A stretch of 64,000 nt of DNA from an uncultured Desulfobacteraceae bacterium. Its GTDB lineage: Bacteria; Desulfobacterota; Desulfobacteria; Desulfobacterales; UBA5852. This document shows positions 35,105 through 44,581 of this stretch, piece after piece. The stretch covers positions 76,769 to 140,768 of the forward strand of contig CAJXSL010000007.1 of the NCBI GenBank assembly GCA_913060875.1, in the 5' to 3' direction. The notes under the pieces are model-generated. The model was not told the origin of the DNA and searched no databases. It saw nothing but the letters and a program-made list of their open reading frames with translations. How positions within the stretch are numbered: the stretch's first letter is position 1; every line of letters begins with the position of its first letter. A program made the position numbers and the translations under genes.

Positions 35105-35368
35105 TCAGGCCACTTTATGACCGTAGAATCGATCCTTGGATCGCCTGAACTTGGGACAAAAATTCCTCACGTGGGAAGACGAAGACGAACACCATTGTCC
35201 ACAGCCATAATCTTTACGGTCGTTGTAGACGGTGTTTTTGCAGCGCGGACAGTGCCGGGTTATTTCATCCTTGAAAAACTCGACCGAATTTCCGCAGATC
35301 TTGCAGACCACATCAAAAATGGCCTCCGGCCCCCATTCCTGAGTATTGTTGCCGGTACATTTACGCAT
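35105..35368 (-). CDS. Cys-rich zinc-ribbon-like small protein
   Basis: 87 aa. CKICGN...CPRCKN plus CGQWC. It starts 4 nt after the MarR gene stop. Confidence 0.45.
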   Translation of the reverse strand: MRKCTGNNTQEWGPEAIFDVVCKICGNSVEFFKDEITRHCPRCKNTVYNDRKDYGCGQWCSSSSSHVRNFCPKFRRSKDRFYGHKVA

Positions 35369-35372
35369 GTTC

Positions 35373-35894
35373 TCACCTGCCTTGGCTTTTGAAGGCTTTC
35401 TCCAATTTCTTCAACAACCGCGTCACCCCGGCCACCTCATCATCCGCCAGAAGCGACATGAGACGGTTGCTCACCTGGTTGAATGCCTGCAGGCAATCCT
35501 CCCAGAGGGCCACACCCTTTGGTGTTTCGGACAGCAGCGTCATACGGCGGTCCCCGGGTGCCACCGCAACACGGATCAGTTTCTTTTCCAGAAGAATTTT
35601 CACGATTTTAGACAGGTTCGATTTTTCAAAAAGAAGTCGCTCACACAACGCTTTCTGGCTGATCGGCCCCTGCCATACGATCTCGTTCAGGACGCTGAAC
35701 TGCTGCTGCTTCAATCCGAATTGCCGACAGACTGTGTTCGTTTCGCGTTGAAGAAATTGGCCGCATTTCAGTAACCGTTGAACGATCTGGGCCTCTTTGT
35801 CAGACGGACCCGGTTTGCGTTTCGGCGTTCTTGTGTTTTTAGGTTTCTTCGGTTTCATTCGGGGCGTAAATCCCACATCCGATTTAGTTTCCAT
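35373..35894 (-). CDS. MarR family transcriptional regulator with a basic N-terminal extension
   Basis: wHTH region FSVLNEIVWQGPISQKALCERLLFEKSNLSKIVKILLEKKLI...DRRMTLLSETPKG. Start taken at the ATG at 35894. Confidence 0.8.
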   Translation of the reverse strand: METKSDVGFTPRMKPKKPKNTRTPKRKPGPSDKEAQIVQRLLKCGQFLQRETNTVCRQFGLKQQQFSVLNEIVWQGPISQKALCERLLFEKSNLSKIVKILLEKKLIRVAVAPGDRRMTLLSETPKGVALWEDCLQAFNQVSNRLMSLLADDEVAGVTRLLKKLEKAFKSQGR

Positions 35895-36022
35895 TTCAAC
35901 TAATAACCGCAAATAGTTTCCGTGTCAACTATAATATTTCTGGAGAGGATCTCAGGTTAGGCAGGCATCTTCTGGAAATTTGAATTGGTATTGTCCATCG
36001 GGGGAGAAAATCAGCCCACCAA

Positions 36023-36484
36023 TCATGGCAGGGGCACCATAAAAGTCTTATCCACCGATGTTGACAGTACGATGGACGTTTGCGTTTGCCCATAAGGGCT
36101 CAAGCGCTCCACCACAGCTTCGAGTGCAGGCAGATCTCCAACCTGTACATAAATTATAAAGGAGCCCTCTCCGCTTATATGGTGGCAGGCAATAATCTCT
36201 TTCATGTCGACTGCCAGGGCCTTTACAGCTTTGTAGTTCTGGGGATCGGTGGTCAACTTGATAAATGCGGAGACGGATCGACCCACTGCCTCGGGAGCGA
36301 TTCTGGCATGGTAACCTTTGATGATTCCGGCTTCTTCCAACTTCCTCATCCGTTCGGCAACTGCCGGGGCTGACAAGCCGACCTTCTTGCCGATACGGCT
36401 GAGGGGCACTCTGGCATCTTCCTGCAGGACGGTAAGTATTTTTAACCCGATCTGATCCAACAATTTTTCATTTTGAAAGCCCAT
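36023..36484 (-). CDS. Lrp/AsnC family transcriptional regulator
   Basis: Trimmed to MGFQNEKLLDQIGLKILTVLQEDARVPLSRIGKKVGLSAPAVAERMRKLEEAGII. Divergent from a LysE-family gene. Confidence 0.85.
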   Translation of the reverse strand: MGFQNEKLLDQIGLKILTVLQEDARVPLSRIGKKVGLSAPAVAERMRKLEEAGIIKGYHARIAPEAVGRSVSAFIKLTTDPQNYKAVKALAVDMKEIIACHHISGEGSFIIYVQVGDLPALEAVVERLSPYGQTQTSIVLSTSVDKTFMVPLP

Positions 36485-36575
36485 ACCTGAAAATCCTTTG
36501 ATTTTTAGGTAAACCAACCAGAAAAAATTGGTTTAGCCATAGTGTCAGCTAACCGAATATTATATTGTTGACCTT

Positions 36576-37217
36576 ATGAACTCAATAATACTCAGTGGAT
36601 TTTTGACCGGCTTAATCCTTCAAATAGCAATAGGCCCGGTATTCTTCTTTATCCTCAATCTATCGCTGCAGAAAACGGTTATAGACGGAATGTTTGCCGT
36701 CATCGCTGTAACAATCGTTGATTATATTTTCATTGCCCTTGCTGTGTCAGGTGTCGGGAAGCTTTTGGAAAAACCGAAAATCAAGCTCATGTTAGGGATG
36801 ATAAGTTCACTCGTGCTGATTCTATTCGGAATAATAATGATTGTATCGATAAGCCCCGGCAGCCAGATTAGCAGCCCTGACAACCTGATGGAATCGGACT
36901 ATATATCCAGCTTCATATCCGCATTTCTATTAACAATTTCCAGCCCGCTTACAATTGTTTTCTGGACAAGCTTGTTTGCTGCAAAGGCCATCGAAAAAGG
37001 ATATACGCAAAAGGAATTGATACTTTTTGGAATAGCAGCGGGGTTTGCAACACTGTTATTCCTGGGATCTGCGGTTGCCCTGCTTTCAGTGATGAAAACT
37101 TCGATACCAATAACGCTTTTAAAGGCATTAAATATAGCTGTAGGTTCGTTGCTGATGATTTATGGAACGATTCGACTATTTAAAATAGTTCAACTACCGA
37201 GGCCGTGCCACGGATAA
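36576..37217 (+). CDS. LysE family amino-acid exporter
   Basis: 213 aa, about 6 TM helices, N-terminal GPVFFFIL pattern. AT-richer than its surroundings. Confidence 0.7.
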   Translation: MNSIILSGFLTGLILQIAIGPVFFFILNLSLQKTVIDGMFAVIAVTIVDYIFIALAVSGVGKLLEKPKIKLMLGMISSLVLILFGIIMIVSISPGSQISSPDNLMESDYISSFISAFLLTISSPLTIVFWTSLFAAKAIEKGYTQKELILFGIAAGFATLLFLGSAVALLSVMKTSIPITLLKALNIAVGSLLMIYGTIRLFKIVQLPRPCHG

Positions 37218-37387
37218 ACCGGAATATTGGCAACGAAGCTCTTTCCAGACCCACGGATTTCTACTCAGGGCTATTTTCAGTATTCCACATGCAATTTGCA
37301 GCAGGTCAATCGTGATAGATTCATCGAAAAGGCACCCATTAACCGGATATTTTCTGGCTATCCAGGATTCCACCGCGCGATCCAAGA

Positions 37388-37816
37388 TTAATCGGCCTGC
37401 CCTTTACCGACCACAAATTTTCCAGCGAAATATTTCGTCCGGATCTCCTGCGCTTCTTCAATCCACTTTTCGACCCCGACCAGCTTCATCCGACACAGGT
37501 TGTACATCTTCATATTGTGGGGATACCGGGCTGCCGCGTCGGCCGTGGGCGCAAGATAGGCACACGGGAATACATCACAGTTAAAGCAGAAATCAACGCC
37601 CTTCTCTTTTACACAATCGAGGGTGGCGCATCCCCCGGATCCAAGATGGAAGTGTTTCCCATCCTGCTGCCGGCACCCCTGGCAGGGTATATCCTCTTTC
37701 GGGACCCCAAGCTTTTCGTGTATCAAGCCGGCCAATTTCTCGGTCAAATTATCCGCATACAGCTCGCAGTTGAAACAGTCCAACCCGCAGGGTGCGGTTA
37801 AAGCGCGTTTATCCAT
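37388..37816 (-). CDS. Cys-rich DUF3795-like protein
   Basis: Trimmed to MDKRALTAPCGLDCFNCELY... with further CQGC, CVKEKGVDFCFNCDVFPC clusters. Paralog at 57337..57858. Confidence 0.65.
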   Translation of the reverse strand: MDKRALTAPCGLDCFNCELYADNLTEKLAGLIHEKLGVPKEDIPCQGCRQQDGKHFHLGSGGCATLDCVKEKGVDFCFNCDVFPCAYLAPTADAAARYPHNMKMYNLCRMKLVGVEKWIEEAQEIRTKYFAGKFVVGKGQAD

Positions 37817-37898
37817 ATCGTCCCCCTTCCTGAAATTTTTCGTGGGCGTTGTCAGCGTGTTTGCGGTGTCCGGCGACGTGGACCTATGGATCGAATCG

Positions 37899-38204
37899 TC
37901 ACGCTTCTGCAAGAATCTTGATCGATACGTTTTCGACCATATCCCTGACGCGTTCCTGGTAGGTCCGCATATGGGGTGCCGCCAGATGGACCTTCAGGGC
38001 TTCCACACTGTCCCATTTCTCGATGATGGTAACGACGTCTTTGTCAAGTTCCTGAGGTGGCAATCCCGTGGGGGCGTCGATGGTGGGCACGTATTCGAGG
38101 CAGCCGTTCTCGGCGCGAACATTGGGAACATTGGCCTTGAATATGGCGATAAAGTCCTGCAACCGCCCTTCCCTTACTCGAATCGATGCAATCACGTTGA
38201 TCAT
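37899..38204 (-). CDS. antibiotic-biosynthesis-monooxygenase (ABM) domain protein
   Basis: 101 aa. MINVIASIRVREGRLQDFIAIFKANVPNVRAENGCLEY... is a ferredoxin-like ABM pattern. It overlaps the upstream stop by 4 nt. Confidence 0.7.
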   Translation of the reverse strand: MINVIASIRVREGRLQDFIAIFKANVPNVRAENGCLEYVPTIDAPTGLPPQELDKDVVTIIEKWDSVEALKVHLAAPHMRTYQERVRDMVENVSIKILAEA

Positions 38205-39196
38205 ATGGCATTTTCCTTTCGATGAGCGAGTAGACCGGTCAGGCGCGCCTGAATGATCGCCTCGGCCTCGGACATGATCCGGTCGAGCAGTTCCTTGCAG
38301 GTGGGAATGTCATGGATCAGGCCGGCGACCATGCCGCAGGACCAGGCCCCGGCATCCACTTCACCTTCCGTCATCACCTTGGGGTAAACCCCGGCCACCT
38401 CTTCGATAATGTCTTCGAACTGGAGGTTTTTGCCCAGCGTCGCCTCTTTTTCCAGCAGCCGCTCCACAGCGGCATTTTTCAACACCCGCTCCGTATTGCG
38501 CAGCGGCCGCATTACCAGGCGCGTATCCAGTTCGCTGGCCGCCAGGATGGCCTGCTTGACCTTTTCATGGACCGGCGCCTCCCGGGTGGCGATGAACCGG
38601 GTGCCCATGTTGATGCCTTCCGCCCCCAGGGCGAGGGACGCCACCAGGCTGCGGGCGTCGGCCATCCCGCCGGACGCCACAAAGGGAATTTGTAATTCCT
38701 CGGCGGCCCGCGGCAGCAGGATCATATTGGGAATGTCATCCTCGCCCGGATGCCCCCCGCATTCGAACCCGTCCACGGAAACCGCGTCGCACCCGATCTT
38801 CTCGGCCTTCAGGGCATGCCGTACCGAGGTGCACTTGTGGATCACCTTCACGCCGGCGTCCTTGAGGGCCGGCAGGTGCTCCTGGGGATTGCGGCCGGCG
38901 GTTTCAACGATCCGGACGCCGCCGTCGATGATGGCCCGGATATAGCCCGGGTAATCCGGCGCCATGACCGTGGGCAGGAAGGTCACATTGACACCGAAGG
39001 GTTTGTCCGTCATTTGGCGGCAGCGCTCGATCTCACGGGCCAGGTCTTCCGGCGACTTCTGGGTCAGCGCCGTAATGATGCCCAGCCCACCGGCATTCGA
39101 AACGGCCGCGGCCAATTCCGCGAAGGCCACATAATGCATGCCGCCCTGGATGATCGGATGCTCGATGCCAAAAAGTTCGGTGATGCGTGTTTTCAT
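38201..39196 (-). CDS. nitronate monooxygenase family FMN oxidoreductase
   Basis: Trimmed to MKTRITELFGIEHPIIQGGM... Also VDGFECGGHPG and FVASGGMADARS...GAEGINMGTRF. Confidence 0.8.
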   Translation of the reverse strand: MKTRITELFGIEHPIIQGGMHYVAFAELAAAVSNAGGLGIITALTQKSPEDLAREIERCRQMTDKPFGVNVTFLPTVMAPDYPGYIRAIIDGGVRIVETAGRNPQEHLPALKDAGVKVIHKCTSVRHALKAEKIGCDAVSVDGFECGGHPGEDDIPNMILLPRAAEELQIPFVASGGMADARSLVASLALGAEGINMGTRFIATREAPVHEKVKQAILAASELDTRLVMRPLRNTERVLKNAAVERLLEKEATLGKNLQFEDIIEEVAGVYPKVMTEGEVDAGAWSCGMVAGLIHDIPTCKELLDRIMSEAEAIIQARLTGLLAHRKENAI

Positions 39197-39666
39197 TGTT
39201 CGTTCCCCCAATCTGATGGATGAAATTTCGGGACGTCCATTTGCAAGCCCTTGTCCGGGAGCACCATGAGCGTGGAGGTCCCGTGGGCAATGAGGTTCTC
39301 GTCCTGATCGAACACCTTCGCTTCGGAATAGCAGATGGAGCGGCCGGGGCGCAAACAGGTTCCCCTGGCAATTAGCTTACCGTCGACGATGGACCTGAGA
39401 TAATTCAATTTGAGATCGACGTTGACCAGGCCTTCCTTCTCGGGCAGGCGCAGAAAAGCGGCCCAGAAGGTGGCGGTATCGATAATCGTCGCCACCACCC
39501 CGCCATGCACGATGCCATAGGGCTGGAGGTGGCACCGGTCCAACTCGATCACGACCTCCGCCCGGTCCATTTCGATATTTGCCAGCCGCATCCGCATGTG
39601 GCTGGGATAAGGGCTTTGGGCCACGACCGTCTTGAGCGCGTCGACGTAGGCCGGATTGGCGTCCAT
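39193..39666 (-). CDS. PaaI/YigI-type hotdog-fold thioesterase
   Basis: The ATG at 39666 is 7 nt from the GGAGG. Motif HLQPYGIVHGGVVATIIDTA. It overlaps the downstream NMO start by 4 nt. Confidence 0.75.
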   Translation of the reverse strand: MDANPAYVDALKTVVAQSPYPSHMRMRLANIEMDRAEVVIELDRCHLQPYGIVHGGVVATIIDTATFWAAFLRLPEKEGLVNVDLKLNYLRSIVDGKLIARGTCLRPGRSICYSEAKVFDQDENLIAHGTSTLMVLPDKGLQMDVPKFHPSDWGNEQ

Positions 39667-39740
39667 CAGCATCCCTCCTTTTCTCACTACATGGCTTGCA
39701 TATTAATATTTTGTATACGAGCTATTTGGATCATTTTTTA

Positions 39741-39914
39741 TTAAACCAGTTTCTTCAAAAGCGCCCTCAGGATAAGGCCTTCCTCCGGTGTCAGCTTGGC
39801 GAGAAAGCCTTGATTCGCATCCGCGATCATATGTTGGAGTTGATCAGCGGTCGCCTGCCCGGATCGGGTCAGGCATACCCGGATGGCACGCCGGTCAAGA
39901 CAAAATTCCGTCAA
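39741..39914 (-). pseudogene. MarR-family C-terminal remnant (N-terminal HTH missing)
   Basis: The frame reads LTEFCLDRRAIRVCLTRSGQATADQLQHMIADANQGFLAKLTPEEGLILRALLKKLV-stop, which is the wing plus dimerisation helices of MarR. The first 80 aa or so are absent, and it overlaps the stop of the upstream TsaA-like gene in another frame. Confidence 0.5.
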
Positions 39915-40336
39915 TGATCCACGCCCTCGCGGCTCGGCAGGGTATCCTCATTGACGACAAACGGTTTGATGTCGAGGAGCGGCGTGCCGTCGATCATGTC
40001 CATGCCGCGGACACGCAGAACATTGCCGTTTCGTGCCAGGACTTCCAGGATCGACAAGCCGATCGGATTCGGTCGATTCGGGGAACAAATGCTGAAGACC
40101 CCCATCGGCTGCCCCCGGTGGGGCGGCGTTTGCTTCATGAATGCGTTTGAAAAGGGCGGGCTCTTGTGAAAGTGAAACAGCACCACGATCCGCTGTCCCG
40201 GGGTAATGTCCGCGAGCCCCTCGGTATACATGGGATCGATCTTCAGGGTGCCCTCCACATCCGACACGGTCCAGTGCCGGGGAATGCTTTCAGCTTCAGT
40301 GTGGGCTGTACCGATAGGTTCTAACGTAATTGGCAT
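39911..40336 (-). CDS. TsaA/TrmO-like (YaeB/UPF0066) SAM-dependent methyltransferase domain protein
   Basis: 141 aa. IGTAHTE...IVVLFHFH...GVFSICSPNRPNPIGLSILEVL...GMDMIDGTPLLDIKP. Confidence 0.75.
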   Translation of the reverse strand: MPITLEPIGTAHTEAESIPRHWTVSDVEGTLKIDPMYTEGLADITPGQRIVVLFHFHKSPPFSNAFMKQTPPHRGQPMGVFSICSPNRPNPIGLSILEVLARNGNVLRVRGMDMIDGTPLLDIKPFVVNEDTLPSREGVDH

Positions 40337-40469
40337 TGTGATCCTGTCCTGACAAATCGTTTAAAGTTCATCCGCAGGCATGTCGATAGGCACCTTTGAA
40401 AATGGACATCCCCCCAACATGCTGTCTCTGGCATTTTAACAGAAGTTCTACGCCTAATTTTTCTGTGGT

Positions 40470-41885
40470 TCAAGGTTTCCCTGGCATCCTGCGGATCGAT
40501 ATCATGGCAATATCATCCGCCAGATCGCAAGACGCCATATGACGAAAAACGCCATCGATGATCGCCTGCATCGCATTATCGCCCGATCCGCCGCAGCGTT
40601 GAAGGGCGGCGTGAATGCCACTTCGGCAGAAACGGTCACCATCACTTGTGCAGGCGTCCGTTATCCCGTCGGTAAAACCGATGAGGGTTTCGCCTTGAGC
40701 AAGGCTCACCGATGCGAGCCGATAAAGGGTCCGAGGCGATATGCCGATGGCAGGGCCGGTGGGCATCAATTCACGCAAACAGTCATCGCCCGTGATGACC
40801 ATCAGGGGTTCGTGGCCGGCGTTGATGAAATCGAGTCGTCCGTCATGAATATCGAGGACACCGAAAAACAACGTCGCGAAAATACCTTCGTTTCCGTGAT
40901 GCCGGTGGATATAGTTGTTTAAGAAGACCAGGGCTTCCCGGGCCCTTGTCGCCAAGGGATCGGGCGTGCCCGGCATTCCGGGTGCCGCCAGGGAATCGCC
41001 CTTCCGTTCAATGGCGCCTTCCATATAGGCGTGAATCAAACTCCTGAAGATTCCCATGAAGAGCGCCGCGCTGACCCCTTTGTCGCAGACATCGGCAATG
41101 ATGATCCCCAAGTGATCTGTGCCCAGCGGGAACACGTCATAGAAGTCGCCGGAAACCTGTTTGGCCGGATGAAAGCATGCCTCGATCTTCCAGCCGGGGA
41201 TATCGGGCAGGTGCTCCGGTAGAAACGTTCGCTGCATGTGACGCCCCTTTTCCAGTTCAACGGTCAGGGCGTTCGAATAGGTTTCGATGGTTTCCTTGGC
41301 GCGCTCGAGCTGATGAAACGCTTCATTGAGGGCGTCGTACAACTTGGCGTTTTCCAGAACGATGGCGATGTGATCGGCCGTGGCCCGCATCAGGGCGGCG
41401 GTGTCTTCCGAAAATCGTCCGGGTTGGGAGTGGACCAGCGAAAGGATACCGAACAGGCTGTTGCCTTTGAGAATCGGGGTGACGACAGCCGAGCGAACGG
41501 TATAGGGCTGATCCGGCAGGTCCAGCCAACGGGCATCTTCCTGCGTATCGTGGATCAAACCCACCTGGCGGTGCTTGACCACCCACCCGGCCAACCCCTC
41601 GTTCATGACACACCCGATCAAACGGGCGTTATCCTCACGGGAGGGGGTTTCCTGCATCATGATGCAGTCGGTCACCACGCCGTCATTGTCCAGCAGAAAA
41701 AGACTGCCGGCCTCGGCGCCGGTAATCTCGGCAGCCAGGTCCACCGTTTTTTGCAGGGTGGTCTTGAGCATCCCCTCTTCGTTGGACGAGCGCACGAGGC
41801 TGACGAAATTCCGCAACAGCCTTGTTTGGATCCCCAGGGCAATTTTTTCGCTGTTTATAACCATGGGCGCCGTCACAATGCACAA
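40470..41885 (-). CDS. GAF-domain PP2C/SpoIIE-family serine phosphatase
   Basis: 471 aa. N-terminal GAF-like region (GSLFLLDNDG...). SpoIIE motifs SGDFYDV, IIIADVCDKGVSAALFM, GFTDGITDA, DDIAMISIR. Confidence 0.8.
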   Translation of the reverse strand: MCIVTAPMVINSEKIALGIQTRLLRNFVSLVRSSNEEGMLKTTLQKTVDLAAEITGAEAGSLFLLDNDGVVTDCIMMQETPSREDNARLIGCVMNEGLAGWVVKHRQVGLIHDTQEDARWLDLPDQPYTVRSAVVTPILKGNSLFGILSLVHSQPGRFSEDTAALMRATADHIAIVLENAKLYDALNEAFHQLERAKETIETYSNALTVELEKGRHMQRTFLPEHLPDIPGWKIEACFHPAKQVSGDFYDVFPLGTDHLGIIIADVCDKGVSAALFMGIFRSLIHAYMEGAIERKGDSLAAPGMPGTPDPLATRAREALVFLNNYIHRHHGNEGIFATLFFGVLDIHDGRLDFINAGHEPLMVITGDDCLRELMPTGPAIGISPRTLYRLASVSLAQGETLIGFTDGITDACTSDGDRFCRSGIHAALQRCGGSGDNAMQAIIDGVFRHMASCDLADDIAMISIRRMPGKP

Positions 41886-42000
41886 AGGAAAGGGTAAGGC
41901 CGAAGTAAAAAAAACACTACCTGACGCGTCGTGGGAATGTCAACAGACGCCGGTTAGCGGCGCATCCGACGGCATCCCTATCTTAAATGGCGTCCAAGCT

Positions 42001-42822
42001 TCAGGGGGCTTGCAGGACAATGCTTTCCAGTTCATGGCAGGCCTCCTGGGAATTCAAGGTGCAGGCCCTTTTGAGCGCAGCAAGCATTCTTTCGGTGTCA
42101 TTCATGCCATAATTGGCGATGGCTTTGGCGAGATAGAGATCACTCCAGTGGGAATACTTTTTTTCGAGGTGATCCAAATAGATGATGGCGATACGCCATT
42201 GGTTCCTGCGCATGTAACGGTAGGCCCGGGAGAGCTCCATTCCAGGAGCGATGACGGACAGAACCGGCTGTTCCATTTCTTCGGTGTAAGAAAAATGGGC
42301 CTCTTGTTTTTCCGATTCCAGATTTTTGATCCTGGCCCGGATGAAATCCAAACTTGTTATATCGGCGCTGATTTTGACGAAAATCGTATTCTTTTCCTTT
42401 TCGAATTTATCTTCGAGAATAGTCGTTTCGATTTCGTCGGCGGCCAGGCAGAAAATTTCGTTCTGCCTTTTCTCGAAATGCTCCAGCAACCCCTTGTGCG
42501 TCAGGTATTTCGCCGCCAGTTGGATCGCCTTCAATCTGGCCCCGAATAGTGCCAGCGCCCGGGCTTTTTCAGAAGAATCCGTGCCTCCGGGGATATACGT
42601 ATATTCGGTGGTGACGCTGATGGCATCATCTCTGACCGGGTCTTCTGCCACGCATATCACCGGGATCACGAACACGAGCAGGAGCCCTAAAAAAACGCAT
42701 TGAACACGTGGTGACACTTCGCCGCTCCTTGTACGAGTGGATTGATAGGAACCTCCCGGGCCAAACCAACGAAAGCACGCCGATGGGTATCGAATTGAAG
42801 ATGGCAATTCAGCAAAACTCAT
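42001..42822 (-). CDS. secreted hypothetical protein with a helical-repeat C-terminus
   Basis: Internal signal-like segment VFLGLLLVFVIPVICVAED. The ATG at 42822 overlaps the upstream stop (ATGA), but the true start may be further in. No catalytic motif. Confidence 0.45.
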   Translation of the reverse strand: MSFAELPSSIRYPSACFRWFGPGGSYQSTRTRSGEVSPRVQCVFLGLLLVFVIPVICVAEDPVRDDAISVTTEYTYIPGGTDSSEKARALALFGARLKAIQLAAKYLTHKGLLEHFEKRQNEIFCLAADEIETTILEDKFEKEKNTIFVKISADITSLDFIRARIKNLESEKQEAHFSYTEEMEQPVLSVIAPGMELSRAYRYMRRNQWRIAIIYLDHLEKKYSHWSDLYLAKAIANYGMNDTERMLAALKRACTLNSQEACHELESIVLQAP

Positions 42823-43385
42823 TTGTCCGGCGTGAACTTGGTAATTTTGGAGCCTTTCAGGCCAAGCCCGGCCATCAAACCTTCCTGGTTAAAGAAGAAG
42901 GCGTAGATGTCGTCCTTAAGGGTCGTGCTCGAAAGCGACTTGGCGAACCCCTCGTCGACAACCACCACGGTCGGACCGGTACCGATTTCCCAGCCGGCAC
43001 TGTCGTCAAGGTATTTCAGGGCCTCATCCGTCATGAAAAACATGGCATAGCCGAAGGCCTGCCCGCCCGCCTGAAGGCCATAGGAAGCTTCCACGGTGTT
43101 GTAGTACCCGGTCGTCTTGCCCCCCTTGATGAGCACCCCTTCGCCAAATTGCCCGCCGACCACCAGACCGGCTTTCACAACGCGGGGAAAAACAAGCACG
43201 GCTTTAGCGCGGGGGGCAATTTCCTTGGCGGCCGGCGTGGTCGCATAAAGATCTTTCAAAGCCGCCCGGCCATTGCGGTCAAGCTCGGCCGCCGACCCGG
43301 CCAGCACTTGGCCGGGCGCCAAAACAATCAGGGCCAGTGTTACGATCATGATCGTTCGGGGTATTCCGCTAAACGCATTCAACAT
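42819..43385 (-). CDS. SYLF (YSC84/DUF500) lipid-binding domain protein, secreted
   Basis: Trimmed to MLNAFSGIPRTIMIVTLALIVLAPGQVLA. Core AVLVFPRVVKAGLVVGGQFGEGVLI...YGLQAGGQAFGY. Confidence 0.7.
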   Translation of the reverse strand: MLNAFSGIPRTIMIVTLALIVLAPGQVLAGSAAELDRNGRAALKDLYATTPAAKEIAPRAKAVLVFPRVVKAGLVVGGQFGEGVLIKGGKTTGYYNTVEASYGLQAGGQAFGYAMFFMTDEALKYLDDSAGWEIGTGPTVVVVDEGFAKSLSSTTLKDDIYAFFFNQEGLMAGLGLKGSKITKFTPDK

Positions 43386-43482
43386 GGCGATCTCCTTTCG
43401 GTTGTCCAATTGACGTTGCCAATCGGTTCTATGATGGTCCCGGAAGGCGTAAACCGTTTCCTGCAAACGAGTGCTCTGGGTA

Positions 43483-44565
43483 TCAGGCCGTATATTCAGA
43501 TAGGTTGTTCAACAGAAACATGGGCGTCCCGGCGGAGCGGGCCTGGCGCTGGGCATAGCGCTGCGGCGACCGCTGCACAAATCCCAGGTTTTTATAGAGC
43601 GCCTGCAAGCGGGGGTTTTTCGTCAGTGAAATGATCTGCTGGTAGCCCCGGCGGCGGGCCTCGGCAATAAATGCGCTCACCGTGAAAACACCGACCCGCT
43701 GGCCGCGAAAACGGGTGGACAGGGCCAGCGCGCCCAACTCGGCCGTCTGGTCATCAATGGGAATCAGTTCGGCGCAGCCGACGGCAATTCCGTCGATCTG
43801 GGTCATGTAGAAATTATCCCGATGGGCGGCGATATAGGCCCGGTCCCGAGGTTTGAGGTAGCCTTTGGCCTTGTAGAGATGGAGGATGCCGGCCAATAAC
43901 TGCTCGTCTTCTTCGCTCACGATGGGCAAAAACGTTTCCTGGAAATCGTTGGCGATCAGGGTGCCGGTGCCCTCCACCGTAAAGAGTTCGTGTTTGATGG
44001 TGTTCTTGCGAACCGGCAGGATATGCACCCGTTTCAGGTGCCCGGCGTCGATGCGCTGGCAGATTTTCTCCAGGGTCGAACGGAAGCTGGCGTTGGCGAT
44101 TAGGTCGCCATAGCTATGCCAGACAGCGCGCACGCGCCGTGTATCCACCGCATTGATCCTGCGCCCTTTGGCATCCGTGAGATATTTGCGTTCCAGAAAG
44201 ATCAGCTTGTATACGGGGTCCTGTTCCAGGACCTCGGTGTAGAAATCCTTTTCCGACCCCACCCGGACGATACGGGTCTCCGGCAGGCGCTCGGCCAGGG
44301 TGCGGAAATGCTTCTGGTTGGCGAAGCGGTTGGCCATATTGTGAAACAAGGTGGTGACCATCCCCTGGCGGGCCAGAAATTTGATATCGTTGATGATGTC
44401 GGCGAAGTGATCGCGCAGGATGCCCTCCCGGCAGGCGATGCTGACATGCTTGCCGGTGAGAATGCGTGTGTACTCTTCAATGTAAAGCCGTGGCATAACA
44501 GAATGGTTATCCTTCCACCGATCCAGCGCGAACAGGTGATTGGCAATGAAAGGCAAGACGATCAT
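43483..44565 (-). CDS. ArgA-like protein: amino-acid-kinase-like domain plus GNAT N-acetyltransferase
   Basis: C-terminal GNAT motif LALSTRFRGQRVGVFTV...LGF. The N-terminal domain resembles the kinase-like fold of N-acetylglutamate synthases. The start is uncertain (44565 or 44496). Confidence 0.55.
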   Translation of the reverse strand: MIVLPFIANHLFALDRWKDNHSVMPRLYIEEYTRILTGKHVSIACREGILRDHFADIINDIKFLARQGMVTTLFHNMANRFANQKHFRTLAERLPETRIVRVGSEKDFYTEVLEQDPVYKLIFLERKYLTDAKGRRINAVDTRRVRAVWHSYGDLIANASFRSTLEKICQRIDAGHLKRVHILPVRKNTIKHELFTVEGTGTLIANDFQETFLPIVSEEDEQLLAGILHLYKAKGYLKPRDRAYIAAHRDNFYMTQIDGIAVGCAELIPIDDQTAELGALALSTRFRGQRVGVFTVSAFIAEARRRGYQQIISLTKNPRLQALYKNLGFVQRSPQRYAQRQARSAGTPMFLLNNLSEYTA

Positions 44566-44581
44566 TGTATACCGCGCTATC

